Shown here piece by piece: positions 12,315-24,644 of a stretch of DNA of 64,000 bases. Made by a program: the position numbers and the translations under genes. How positions within the stretch are numbered: the first letter of the stretch is position 1; every line of letters starts with the position of its first letter. This stretch comes from Podarcis cretensis. Its lineage: Eukaryota. Where the stretch lies: NCBI GenBank assembly GCA_951804945.1, contig OX638162.1:35340001-35404000 (forward strand). The letters are read 5' to 3'. The notes beneath the pieces were generated by a model. That model made no database searches, had not been told where the DNA came from, and saw nothing but the letters and a program-made list of their open reading frames with translations.

Positions 12315-13040
12315 CAGAAGTATAACTGCCGCCAACCACGGATGCAGAGCATGGACATCATGACTAGCAGCCATTGATAGTTTTATCCTCCATGAATTTG
12401 TCCAGTCTTCATCTAAGTTGGTGGCTATCACTTCCTCCTTTGAGGAGAAAGTTCAATAGTTTAACTATGTGCTGCATCCCAGTAGTGATGTAGTACTAGT
12501 GATGTATGGAAGTGAGAGCTGGACCATAAAGAAGGCTGATCACCGAAGAATTGATGCTTTTGAATTATGGTGGTGGAGGAGACTCTTGAGAGTCCCATGG
12601 ACTGCAAGAAGATCAAACCTATCCATTACTTAAGGAAATCAGCCCTGAGTGCTCACTGAAGGGACAGATCCTGAAGCTGAGGCTCCAATACTTTGGCTAC
12701 CTCATGAGAAGAGAAGACTCCCCGGAAAAGACCCGGATGTTGGGTAAGATGGAGGGCACAAGGAGAAGGGGACGACAGAGGACGAGATGGTTGGATAGTG
12801 TTCTCGAAGCTACCAGCATGAGTTTGACCAAACTGCGGGAGGCAGTGGAAGACAGGAGTGCCTGGCGTGCTCTGGTCCATGGGGTCACAAAGAGTCGGAC
12901 ATGACTAAACGACTAAACAACAACATGTGCTGCATGAAGAAGTACTTCCTTTCATATGTCCTGATTCTTCTAACATTCAGCTTCATTTAGTGTTCATGAA
13001 TTCTAGTGTTATGAGAGAGGGAGAACAAATTTTCTCTTCT
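12315..13040 (-). mobile_element. CR1 LINE 3' fragment interrupted by BovB
   Basis: 12315-12477 and 12925-13040 are homologous (reverse complement) to the CR1 copies at 48860-49460 and 62612-63365. Confidence 0.85.
12478..12924 (+). mobile_element. 5'-truncated BovB (RTE) LINE
   Basis: RT C-terminal motifs (MYGSESWTIKKA, RRRGRQRTRWLD), (CAA)n tail, 11-bp TSD atgtgctgcat (12467-12477, 12925-12935). Confidence 0.95.
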
Positions 13041-14317
13041 GTCGTGTCACCTTTTACTCACCTTTTTCTCAAAACTAGAAAGCCTCCAAAGTCTGAATTT
13101 TCATATTGTTTTTTTTCAAAAGTAACAGACTAATGCATGAACAAGAGAGAGCAGGGCTTATGGATGAACTCAATATGGACCAGAAACATACTGATCCTTC
13201 TAGTCCTACTATCCATCACACAGCACTGGGTATATGCTGGATAGCTTCATACTCTGTGCTTACATATGGACACATTATTTTGTCATGCATTTGTCAACTT
13301 CGCGCTGTTTCTTGCTGCTGTTGACAAGTATTTAAACTTATTTTCTGTCTCCAAAACTGAAATCTTTTTTTAGGCTGTGAAATTTGAGAACATTTTGTAC
13401 TGTCAGAGCTTCATAAACTAGTTTTTTATACACACACAAGATACATACACCCTTGAGGGAGGAGGGTATCCACAATAATAATAAAGCCATTTTCTACTGT
13501 GAGAATGGAGTGTCTCTGGTTTCCTACTTGTTATGGTAGGCGTCAAATAGAAATGAGCATCAAATTACTCTTGCAAGGTCTTTTAATCTGTTACTCATGT
13601 CTGGAGTCAAATCATCAAAAAACGGTGCATGGAAGAAAAATACCACCACAGAGAATGTGTGAACTCTCCATTTGGTGGGAGCAATTGACTTTTGTTCCAA
13701 GAGGCATGCAAAAATAAATTCTCCATAACCTTGACTTTATCTGAATACCATGAGCACACTTTAGCTTTGAAAGCTACTGATAGCCAGGCTTAATGAATTA
13801 ATTAATTGTATTTTACAAACACTCTCATCCAACCTTTCAGTTTAATAGCATTCTAAAAGTGGCTTGCAACTAATAACTAAGCATTAAAACAGAGAGAAAA
13901 TTGTTATTTGTTATTGACAATAACAAAACTATAAACCATGGAGGATGGTAGAAACTCACAAAATGAGCTGTAAAAAAACTGAAATCACCCTTCAGTTGGC
14001 AAATTCTGCATGGGCAAAAAATTAAAATATTTTGACCCATTTCCTTAACAGGGTTGGTATGGGGTGAAGATTGTTGAGTCAAAGTGACTGGTGTACTACC
14101 ACCAAAAAGGCCCTATCACTAATAGCCAAAGTCAGAGAACATGGAGAAATGTCCCTACAAATGTCTCAACAATTGCTATCAGGAAAAAACAATAATCAAG
14201 CAAAACACAAAATGTCCGTACCAATTTTTTCAAAAAACAAAAATAGGGGAAACCCACCACAAAAAAAGCAATGGAGCCATCTATATAATGACAGGCCTGA
14301 GACAAGGGTTAATGACT

Positions 14318-14837
14318 AAGAGTGGACAAATTTCACAATTTCAAGTTCTCTCAGTGTTTCATGTTTCAATCTTTAGCTCAGTTCTCCACATTCTACATCA
14401 CTTTGCAGATTTTTAAATAGTTCTCATGAAAATTCATCGTCATTTAGTCCACATTTCTCCTAATATACCTATTTTTGCAAGCAATCTCCCCTAATACAAT
14501 GCATTCTTATGTGTTATTTCCACTAATATATGTATTTTATGCACACTTCCCCAAATGCAGACATTTTAGCAAACATTACTTGCTTGCAGAACTGCTTTGC
14601 AAATTTCAGACAAGTGTGACTTTCAAAGGATAGCTTTATTTTGGTTCATCAGTTGCAGCCTTCGCCAGCCTGGGACCCTCCAGCTGTTCCTGGGCTACAC
14701 CTGCCATCAGCTGATGGGGGTTATAGTTCAACAACATCTGGAAGGTACCAGGTTGGCAAAGGCTAGTCTGTTGTTTCAAAAGTGTGAATTAGCTAATTGT
14801 ACATCAAAATGTGAACCAACTTCTTCCCCACCCCTAG
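14318..14837 (+). mobile_element. Old non-autonomous DNA-transposon-like repeat with a MITE inserted at ~14650-14765
   Basis: Homologous to 24835-25230 (plus) and 50130-50525 (minus), with partial similarity at 5270-5600. Confidence 0.6.
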
Positions 14838-15212
14838 TCACAACTGAACTGGTCCTAACAATTGTAGCTGCCCTTATGGTTAGGAAAACAACACAGAGCT
14901 GAACCTCTGGTAATTATAAATGGATCTATAGGAGAAGTTCTTTTTTTTTTTTACCTTTGTGAAGTCATTATGACTTTTCCTCTGATCATTAGTACTAAAT
15001 CACAGCCAAGAAAAACAAGGGTGTTTGTTTTTATTTTTTTAAAAAAGTCATTTTGACTTTGAAGCGCTGAACACATTTAGCGACCACATTTTGAGATGAC
15101 TTATTTCAGCAGTATATTTTAGGTAGTATTACTAGTAACAGTATTTTCAGACCTTTTCAAGTGGCTGTCTACAGAGCAGCTTACAACAAATTAAAACTGA
15201 AAATGGTTAGAC

Positions 15213-15343
15213 CAGGCATATGCAAACTCGGCCCTCCAGATGTTTTGGGACTACAACTCCCATCATCCCTAGCTAACAGAACCAGTAGTCAGGGATGATG
15301 GGAGCTGTAGTCCCAAAACAGCTGGACAGTTTGCCTATGCCTG
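15213..15343. mobile_element. hAT MITE (palindromic 'ggactacaactccc' family)
   Basis: TIR caggcata.gcaaact/agtttgcctatgcctg; perfect 8-bp TSD ggttagac. Many degraded copies occur elsewhere (e.g. ~6590, 6900, 20450, 44993, 48536, 58843, 60503, 63382). Confidence 0.92.
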
Positions 15344-15429
15344 GGTTAGACTTAACAGTTGCTATGTCTGCAGTTAAAAGGAGGGGTGAAATCCAATTCT
15401 TACAAGGTTGCTAATCTCTCTCCCTCTCT

Positions 15430-15608
15430 GCTTAGGAAGCTGCCATATACTGAGCCACATCACTGGTCCTTCTTAACTCAGTACTGTTCACGCTCTCTGG
15501 CAACAGTTCTCCAGTGTTCCAGATGCAAAGTCTTTCCCAGCCATACCTAAAAATGACGGGATGCTTTCTGCACATAAATCAGATGCTGTACCACTGAGTC
15601 ATGGCCCT
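15430..15608 (-). mobile_element. tRNA-derived SINE (second family)
   Basis: Reverse complement begins gggccatgactcagtggta and matches the body of the copies at 18101 and 51655. Confidence 0.75.
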
Positions 15609-18100
15609 ACATATGTATGCATGCATCCATACATGATTGCAAATGATTTTATCTGATTGTGATGAGGCTGGAGATGCCGTGTGCCTTCCCACCCACACTA
15701 GCAGTTGGTAAGATCTAGTGTACTGCAGGTGGATGGCCTTGGGAAAATAGAAGCAGCAGGGGGGTATAAAAGAGAAAGTTGGGGTGCGGAGAGAGGAAAG
15801 CAGTCATGTCATACTACACAAGATTTGGAGTGTATTTAAAGGTTTGTAACAGGGACTGGGAAGGGAGATGTTCTCTTTCCAACTCTTTATGATGACCAAG
15901 AATGCTTCTAAGGCCTGTCTTCTGCCATAAGAAGGGACAGCAAATTTTCTGAGGTTTGAGGGATTCATGATTGTGATGGTGTGGAAGACCTGTTCCTCTT
16001 TCTGCAACACGGTCCCTGTTTCCAGCGTTCTGGTGCCACCCAATCGACATGAAAGGGGAGCATTTTAACAACTGGGTGCCCCAAAGCTAAGCATTTAGGA
16101 ACACTAAAAACAGCAGGTGCTTCAGTTTAAAGAGAATTGCGTGCAAGTTCTGTCACATACAATGGAACTTGATAGACAACACAACTTAAATTTACTTTGA
16201 AAGAAGATATTGCAGCGATCCAAATCATTTGCCAATGTATGTGCTCAGAAAACAGTAGAACTAGCTGAATGGCAACACATGGGGATGTGTATTAATCATG
16301 GCAATGCCTCTCTAATTATTATTATTGTATAATTAATACAATCTTAGAAGGTTGTATAATCTTAGACGGGGCATGGTTGTGAGAGGACACGGCTGTGATT
16401 ATCATGAAAAGACCGGCACTTCTGAATTTGCGACTATGTTACCAGGCTTGGGGAAAACCTACCATACTGGTTTTAAAAATCTTTAATAAAAAAAGACATT
16501 AAATAAATGCATTTCTGCATTGTTGTAACCTACCCTGAGACCTTATATGAAGGGTGGGTAAGAAATCGAGTAATCTGATAACCACCACCAACAACATATT
16601 TTAGTTAGCTATGTTGGAATGCTATTGAAACGACTCTGCAGCTCTGTCCTTCCTTGGGGAAACAGACTCACTAGAGATGATCTGAGTTCCTTTTTTCTAT
16701 CTTTGGCTTCAGTTTCTTGTGTTCAAGGAAGCAGCGAAAGATTTCTGACAGGTTGGACAACAGTTCCTGCTTAAAGCTCATTCATTTTTGCCTTAGCCCT
16801 CTCCTCTGCTTTGTTCTATATCTGCCCCACTTTCCCCACTGAATCCTAAATCTAGTCCATTTGCTTGTTTGATTATGCTTAGCTTTCAGCAGAGTGAAAT
16901 GTCACCCACCTCCTGGATAGTCCCCTGAATCCAAGGTATAAATGCATCCCTCTCTCTTTCTGCACCTCAGTGATGCTAAAATTAATTGTAGGGTTTGTTG
17001 TCTTTCTCTCTCTCTCTCTCTCTTTGGCTAAGTGGGCCCTGCCTCCTCAACCCACACAAATTCCAATTGTGCTGACAGGTGAGTTTTTCCAGCATCCCTT
17101 CTTATTAAGCAGTGAACAGCCCTCATTTTGCTCTTCTAAAATCAGGGAAATATTGTGTCAGTTACTGTCAAAATCCATGATGCATCCCAAGGTAGAGACA
17201 GGCAGAAGCAATAACCTAATGTAAACAGAGAAAAGTGAGATGTTGACATCTTATTTACCAAAACTGTAATGGTGTATTCTCCTCTTCAGCTGGCAAGTGA
17301 AAAATAAAACCTCTCTTAGCAAAGTAAGTTTTCAAGAAGGACTTTAAGGGGAGAAACTTTGGCCATGGCATTATTTGTGCAAACATTTCTTAAATGACAA
17401 ATTACCACCTCTGTTTTGTTTTTGTTTCAGTATTATTTATAAATGCATTTGCTAATAAACATCTCACATTCTCCTTAGTTAGCACTGGTTTTCACATATT
17501 ATAAAACAGATTGTTTACGAAATAATTTTTACATAGCAATTTATATACATTTCATAAACCCATGCTTTCTAGTCAGCTGCCTGATGCTGTCCTGCAAGAG
17601 TTGGAAATACAATCCAACTTGAAAAAAGAGACATTCCACATACTTTTGTAAACCAAGAAATCTTTAACAAAAATATATTTTAAAAAATACAATCCAAATA
17701 TATATTTCCATAATTATATTACCTAGAATGAATATATTAAAATAAATAACTTTTATCGCAAAGGTGGGGAACCTTTTTTCAGTTGAGTGCCACATACCCT
17801 TGTTGGCAGCCTGTCATCATGTCATATTCCTATCTCAGGTGCCAAGGGTATTAGTAGCTCAGCCTCGATTCCCTCCACAGCTCCTAAGCTAGCTTAGTTC
17901 CCGATATTGTGTTGTTCCATTGAATTAAGGTTCAGTTGCCATTCTGGTCAAATTCTGAACATCAGATCATGGAGAGGCCATTTTGTTCTTTGCCTTAGAC
18001 AGTAAAATGTCTTGAGCTGGAACTGCTGGCCACCTCTTCTCTTAACCACTGCAATCTTCTTGTCTCTGGCTTTCTGTACTTTTTTTTTCTACTGGAGAAA

Positions 18101-18210
18101 AGGCCATAGCTCAGTGGTGGAGCAACTGCTTTGCATGAAGAAGGTCCTTGGTTCAATTCCTGGCATCTTCAGCTAGGACTAGGACAGAACCCAATCTGAA
18201 AACTTGGACC
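18101..18210 (+). mobile_element. tRNA-derived SINE, 5' part
   Basis: ggccatagctcagtggtgg (A box) and ggttcaattcc (B box) run directly into a non-tRNA body. Confidence 0.8.
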
Positions 18211-18339
18211 CCCATGGCATATGCAATCTGAGATAGAAATATGAAAAAGTGATAGGTTTACTGAGAGGAAGCAAGAGAGGAGGGGGGGGGGCTGAATATA
18301 TTGATGGTGATGTCAATGGAGAAGGGCAGTTGTTGTTGA

Positions 18340-18660
18340 TAAAATGTATACACCTTCCTTCCTCCCAAAGCAGCCTGGGTGGCCACCACACACACAGCAC
18401 AACTTCTAAAATCAAAGCAGTGTAATGCAGGCTGAGAAAGTGTTAATTTAAAAGGCTTGGTAGAAGAAGAAGGTCTTAAGTAGGTGCTGATAAGAGAGGG
18501 AGCAATGTCTAATATTTAAGGGGAGAGAATTCCAAAGGGTAGGTGCTACAACAGAAAGGCACAATTCCTATATTGTGCAGAAGAGACTTCCTGATAAAGT
18601 GGTTTCTGCAGGATGTCCTCACTTGCAGAGCACAGTGACTGTGTATATAAGGGGTGAGAA
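18340..18660 (-). mobile_element. L2-clade LINE 3' remnant
   Basis: Homologous to 42170-42515, with an L2-like 3' tail in reverse orientation. Confidence 0.6.
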
Positions 18661-18929
18661 AATCTACATCATGTGGAAAAGAAGCTCATAGGCTTGTATC
18701 TCATGCTACTCAGAGCAGACCCACTGAAAATGATGAACCTAACTTACTCATTTTCAATAACTTCAGTGGGTCTACTCTGAACAGGAAAAACATTGGCTAC
18801 AATCCTTAGTTTCCTTCTGTAATGAATCTTGGGGTTCTGACTTTTTCTTTTTCTTTTTCTTTTACTCTGGCTATATTCAGGTTGGAAAATCAGATTCTGG
18901 GACACAGGTATAAGTACAGTGTTGCACTG

Positions 18930-19097
18930 GAAGAAAATACCCTTATACTAAATAAGACCATTGGTCCATCTTGCTTACCATTGTCTACACTGATTTCATG
19001 CAGGAGTGCTTTTCTCAGCCTTATCTGGAGATGCCTGGTATTGAACCTACGACCTTCTGCATACAAAGCAGATGCTCTCACACTGAGCCATGGCCCA
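18930..19097 (-). mobile_element. tRNA-derived SINE (second family)
   Basis: Ends ...gatgctctcacactgagccatggccc (reverse tRNA head). Similar copies at ~30740-30900 and ~42748-42932. Confidence 0.75.
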
Positions 19098-20592
19098 CTT
19101 GGTAGCCTGCCAAGCAGAAGAGGTATGCTAATGCTGCTGGGGACAAGGAAGTGGTCATGAGAGGGACTTACATTTAAGTCCAAAAGAGACTATTATCTCT
19201 CCTCCCTGAGTGCCTACCCTGTTTTGGTGCCGCTGTTGGAGGCACAACAAGTTGCAAGTTCTCCCCTGGTAACTGAATAATGTTTTAAAGAAATAGGGAT
19301 GACCTTTTCCTTCAGGCTTTACAAGATCATGTCCTTCCTTTCCTACCTCCAACCCCACTCATATAGATGTCACATTCCATTTATATTGGATGGGGTGGAC
19401 ACTTTATGGTTTAATGGTTCTGCACAGTTGTTAAGAACTAAAAGAAAAAGCTGAGGTACACGGTATAATATCCCATTTTTACATCCACAGCCTATCAATT
19501 ATAACCACAGATGGTGCAATATTTCAAAGTTAGGTCAGTCAATTAGTTTGCTCTTGATTAGGTGTTAATGTTCCCCATGGATAGTCTCTTGAATTTAGTT
19601 CTTGTTCTGATATGATCTGCTGTCGCCTTGTTTTATCACTGGTCTTTGACTCACCAATTTCTAAGAACCACCTGTTCTATATTTCTCCCTTGGACCCCAT
19701 TTGGTCATTAGTTAAGTCAATGGTCTTTCCTTCTTTTCTGTCTAAATGTGGAGATGTGCAAGGACATGGGGCATTTTCTGAATATGCTGCACTGTGACTG
19801 AGCAGCATTCCAGGGTGTTCTTGGGGTAGGGAGGTATGGCACTCCTATTTCCCCCCCCCCACAGAATACCCCAGAACAGGCATAGCAATCTGGTGGTGTT
19901 GGACTCCCATCATTCCTGACCAGGAGCAGCACATCCTGTTTGCCATCTCAGACAGAATGAGAACATGTCGCTCTGCTCCCTCCTCCCTTCCTCCTCCCTT
20001 TGTGGCACCTACAAAGCAGCAGAAATGGCAGATTCCAGTGAGATCTCACAAGATTTCAGTGAGATCTCACTGGAAGCCAATGCCCGCACTACTGCCACTT
20101 CTCCACAAGCGGCAGATGTGGTTCAGTGGGCAGGGTGCCTGTGGGGGTGCTGTCTCTTGGGCTTTCACCCCCAGAGGTGGGTTACCTCACATTCCTGACC
20201 TTGGGCAATGTAGGCTTGAGCTGATGGGTGTTCTTGTCCAGCAACAACTGGAGGGCGCCATATTGGCTACTTTGTCCTAGAACAACGTTTCAACCAGTTC
20301 AAACATAATGACAAACCTGTAAACATAAGTGGAAATTCACACACCAAATTCAATTCATGGTTTCAGACACCAGTTTGCTGACAGAAGCAAACTCTAGTCA
20401 TTTGTCTGTGATAGGTTTGGATGTACAAAGAATTCAGAGTTAACCTAAACATAGCTAGCATGGTGACCAACTCTCATCTGCCTTAGCCAGCATGACCAAT
20501 GATCAGGGATTATGGAAGTTGTTGTCCAACATCTGGAGGGCACCACATTGGCTATCCCTGAGCAAAACAAATTACTGTGTCTTAACTCAACC

Positions 20593-21062
20593 TTGCCAAC
20601 AAAGGTCCGTATAGTTAAAGCCATGCTTTTCCCAGTAGTGATGTATGGAAGTGAGAGCTGGACCATAAAGAAGGCTGATCGCCGAAGAATTGATGCTTTT
20701 GAATTATGGTGCTGGAGGAGACTCTTGAGAGTCCCATGGATTGCAAGAAGATCAAACGCATTCATTCTTGAGGAAATCAGCCCCGAGTGGTCACTGGAAG
20801 GGCAGATCCTGAAGCTGAGGCTCCAATACTTTGGCCACCTCATGAGAAGCGAAGACTCCCTGGAAAAGACCCTGATGTTGGGAAAGATTGAGGGCACAAA
20901 GAGAAGGGGACGACAGAGGATGAGATGGTTGGACAGTGTTCTCGAAGCCACAAACATGAGTCTGACCAAACTGCGGGAGGCAGTGGAAGACAGGAGTGCC
21001 TGGCGTGCTCTGGTCCATGGGGTCACGAAGAGTCAGACACAACTAAACGACTAAACAACAAA
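20593..21062 (+). mobile_element. 5'-truncated BovB (RTE) LINE with an open RT C-terminal frame
   Basis: Translation LPTKVRIVKAMLFPVVMYGSESWTIKKADRRRIDAFELWCWRRLLRVPW...; (CAA) tail; 9-bp TSD aactcaacc (20584-92, 21063-71). Confidence 0.95.
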
Positions 21063-21689
21063 AACTCAACCATAGAGTGGTGCCTAAGAATAAAGGCGGG
21101 GGTGGGGGAAGAGAAAGAAAATTCTACTTTGTTTGTACAATATATGCAAGATGTGTGGGAGAACTATTTATAGATTAGGAGAACTGTGGTTTCTTCATTT
21201 AATAATCAGATTAGCGTAGTTCAAAAAGGATTGATTTTTGTACTGCAGATTTTCTCTTGCCCGGTTTCTGCTGTATCTTTGGGTAAATACATCTATACAG
21301 GCCACTATCCCAATCATTATAAAAATCTAATAATAATGGAAATCATTGTGGATGGATATATTCCACTGGGCTATTAAGATATATCTTCTGATTGCAAAAA
21401 ACATTTAAATGGAAATATCTTTTGTTGAGCTCTCTACTGCCTAAGTAATGGCATCATTACTTGCAACGTGCATTTTACCACACTTCCATTTCCATTTTTA
21501 ATCTATTGGTTGTAGAAGAGAATCTTAAATATGATTGTATTAGCTCTGTGTCCATACCAATATAATTTCACACTGCCAGTAACACATTTCACCTGCTTGA
21601 AAGGGCAGAACCTTGATGGAATTATGGGCCACAGACTGGGCTGTTCAAATATACCACTCAGTGTTTTGTGAAATTTTGAAAACCACTTG

Positions 21690-21905
21690 AAGGCCTTCTC
21701 AGTAGTGGAACACCCTCCTATCAAATGTCAAGGAGATGAGTAACTATATAACCTTTAGAAGATACCTGAAGGCAGCCCTGATTAATGAAGCTTTTAATGT
21801 ATAATGTTTTATTATGTTTTTATTTATGTTGGACACTACTCTGAGTAGCTGGGGCAACCCAATCAGATGGGCGGAGTACAATTAATGATGATGATGATGA
21901 TGATG
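21690..21905 (+). mobile_element. L2-clade LINE 3' end with (ATG)n tail
   Basis: Tail ggggcaacccaatcagatgggcgg plus microsatellite; a reverse copy of the same tail lies at ~48455-48530. Confidence 0.65.
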
Positions 21906-23045
21906 GAACATCTTGACTTGTTGTTCTAGTACCCCTTGGAACCTTCTGAGCCTTGCATATGCAAGCTGCTATTTCTGTACTTCTGCTTGCTGCTGAGCTT
22001 TTACCACTATTAATCTCTTTTTTATTTACAAATAAGAGACACTGCCACTGTGTTTTGGGACTGGAGCCTGACAACCACTTTCCTCCTGTTCTCCATAGGA
22101 ATGTAGGGAGGTGCCTTAGTTTAGGTCTGGCTTTTTCCCAGCTAGCCCAGTATTGTCTACTAAGACTGACAGCAGCTCTTTAGCAACTCATGGAGGATTA
22201 TTCCACATGACTTGTTTCCTGATCCTTTTATAGATGGAGAAGTTGGGGATTTAACTTCCACATGCATAATTCCACACTAAATTATGGCCGCTGCCCCAGT
22301 CACACATGCATCAGGTACACATCCCAGGGTATGGTCTGAAGGCACATGAGACGAACACTTTGATGAAGCTAATTTGGTCTTGAAGGTGCCTGGTTGGGTG
22401 ACTGCTTGAAAATGACTTGTATGCTGCCTTGGGTGCAACAGAATGAATAAAGGTAATAAATAAACATTGTGTATTTCTGTAACATAGATAGGAAAATATT
22501 TTAGAACTTCGTGAAGAATATCTCTATGGCCTTTGGCCAACAGAATATACATACAATGATAACCAAACAGTATCCTGTAGCTTCACACTGATATGCAGAC
22601 ACTGTATATAATACCACACCAATGCATTGATGGAAGAAAGGCAAGATATAAAATGAAATGAATAAATAAGTATACAACAATTCATCTGAGTAGTCTCAAA
22701 TGGGCTAACTTTTCAGGACACTGAATCCACTGAGAATAGGTTATTTGCACAACAGAAGGAAAATTGATAGATGTTCATGACACTACTGCCCACTTCCTGG
22801 CAATGGCTAAGGAAGCCAATGCCCACAGTAGTGTGGTTTTATTTTCAATACAATGTGCGAATATCCTGGATTTCTATTCGTAATAGAACAAGTGCTGTAT
22901 TGCAGCAGGCATGAAATGCTAGCAATGTGTGAGATACAATATATTAGGTTGGCTGAGGAACTACAGAGTATCCCTGTTGTGTTAAAAACTGGACCATGAT
23001 TCCACTATAAGGTTCTCATTCATTTTCTTTCAATTGTTTATTGTA

Positions 23046-23433
23046 GGTAGAAGGCAAAGGTAAATGACCCCTGGACAGTTACATCCAGTCAAAGGGGACT
23101 GTGGGGTTGTGGCATTCATTTCGCTTTCAGGCCAAGGGAGCCGGCGTTTGTCCACAGACAGCTTTCCAGGTCATGCGGCCACCATGACTAAACCGCTTCT
23201 GGTGCAACGGAATACGCTGATGGAAGCCAGAGTACACGGAAACACCGTTTACCTTCCCGCTGCAGTGATACCTATTTATCTACTTGCATTGGTGTGCTTT
23301 CGAACTGCTTGGTTGGCAGGAGCTAGAAAAGAGCAACGGGAGCTCACTCTGTCATGGGGATTCGAACTGCTGACCTTCCGATCGGCAAGCCTAAGAGGCC
23401 CAGTGGTTTAGACCACAGCAACACCTGTGTCCT
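23046..23433 (-). mobile_element. Sauria SINE
   Basis: Reverse complement of the SINE head (ggattcgaac B box) and an aaaggt tail; 12-bp flanking repeat ttgtttattgta (23034-45, 23440-51). Confidence 0.9.
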
Positions 23434-24394
23434 TTAGCTTTGTTTATTGTATGCTTATGCAACGCCATTACTTTCCTGAGCATGGCTAATTCCTAAGTGT
23501 AGGATTTTATTTTGAAATAAAAAATACTGTAAAGAAAAAGGAAGACAATGCAATCATTAGGTTCACTAATTACAGGGGAATTAAACTCACTGCTTACAGT
23601 ATTTGAATACACAGAATCAGTGCCAGACTCTGGGCTCTCAAATTTTAGCAGCACCCTGTGCAACACTAAAATCCCCCCCACACACACACACACCTCACAC
23701 AACAGCATTGTTGTGGTGCCCCCTGCAGTGTGGCACCCAGTGCAGTACCCTAAAACTGCTTCTGGTACAATTTACCTAACCTTCAAATAACTTAACATCT
23801 CAGGGTAGTTAAGAGGTAACTTAAATCAACGAAACAGATACAAAGCAAATCTAGGGTTGTTAAAATCTGAACACTCAGCTGCAGGATAAGTTTTAATTAA
23901 CCTTTGTTATTGGTAGTCAAGATTATTTATTCATATTAATTATCAACTAAATACAGTTATGTCATTCAATGAGAAGAAAAAAGCAAAATAAAAAGTTGTC
24001 GAGTTTGTATATTATAGAATGAAAAGTATACTGAACTGCAATCCAGCAGAGGGCAGACTTGTAACTTTTCTGTGCTTTAAGCAAGCAATCTAAATAGAAC
24101 ATTCTTAAATCTTGAAAATCATAAATACTAATAATAATAATAATAATCAGATGAATTTTGGGACTGAATGAGGTAAAACAGGAGACACAAAGCCCAAAGT
24201 TGCTGAAGGGATCAACAATCCTTTTGGGAGGCCTTAAAAATCTAACAATTGTTCTTTGCTTTCATCCACATTAGCTGTTTTTACCAGGAAACTACTAGAG
24301 GCCACAGAGACCCATACCAGAAGATTGGGGGGGGGGATATGGAAGAATTGTTTATTTTTTTCTCATTTTTTATTTATTTTATTTTGACAAAGTA

Positions 24395-24644
24395 CCGTAT
24401 TTTTTGCTCTCACTTTTCCCCTCCTAAAAAGTAAGGGGAAATGTGTGTGCATCTTATGGAGCGAATGCAGGCTGCACAGCTATCACAGAAGCAGAACAAG
24501 CAGAACAGCAAGAGGGTTCACTGCGCAGCGATCCCTCTTGCTGTTCTGGCTTCTGAGATTCAGAATATTTTTTTTCTTATTTTCCTCCTCCAAAAACTAG
24601 GTGCGTCTTGTGGTCTGGTGCGTCTTATAGAGCGAAAAATATGG
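24395..24644. mobile_element. Tc1/mariner MITE, family 2 (short form)
   Basis: TIR ccgtattttttgctct/agagcgaaaaatatgg with TA TSD; internal 16-bp-stem palindrome at 24501-24548. Confidence 0.9.

Noticed and set aside
16971-17084. AG...GTGAGT exon-like interval
   Set aside because: It spans a (CT)n microsatellite, begins with a stop in one frame and gives no recognisable peptide.
18101-18172. tRNA gene-like sequences (also ~5150, 28318, 51655, 60368)
   Set aside because: The cloverleafs are degenerate; most continue into a shared SINE body and the ~5150 copy is a truncated head, so they are SINE heads.
20445-21026. 193-aa minus-strand ORF (and ORFs at 12653-12904)
   Set aside because: These are antisense shadows or remnants of BovB sequence, not host genes.
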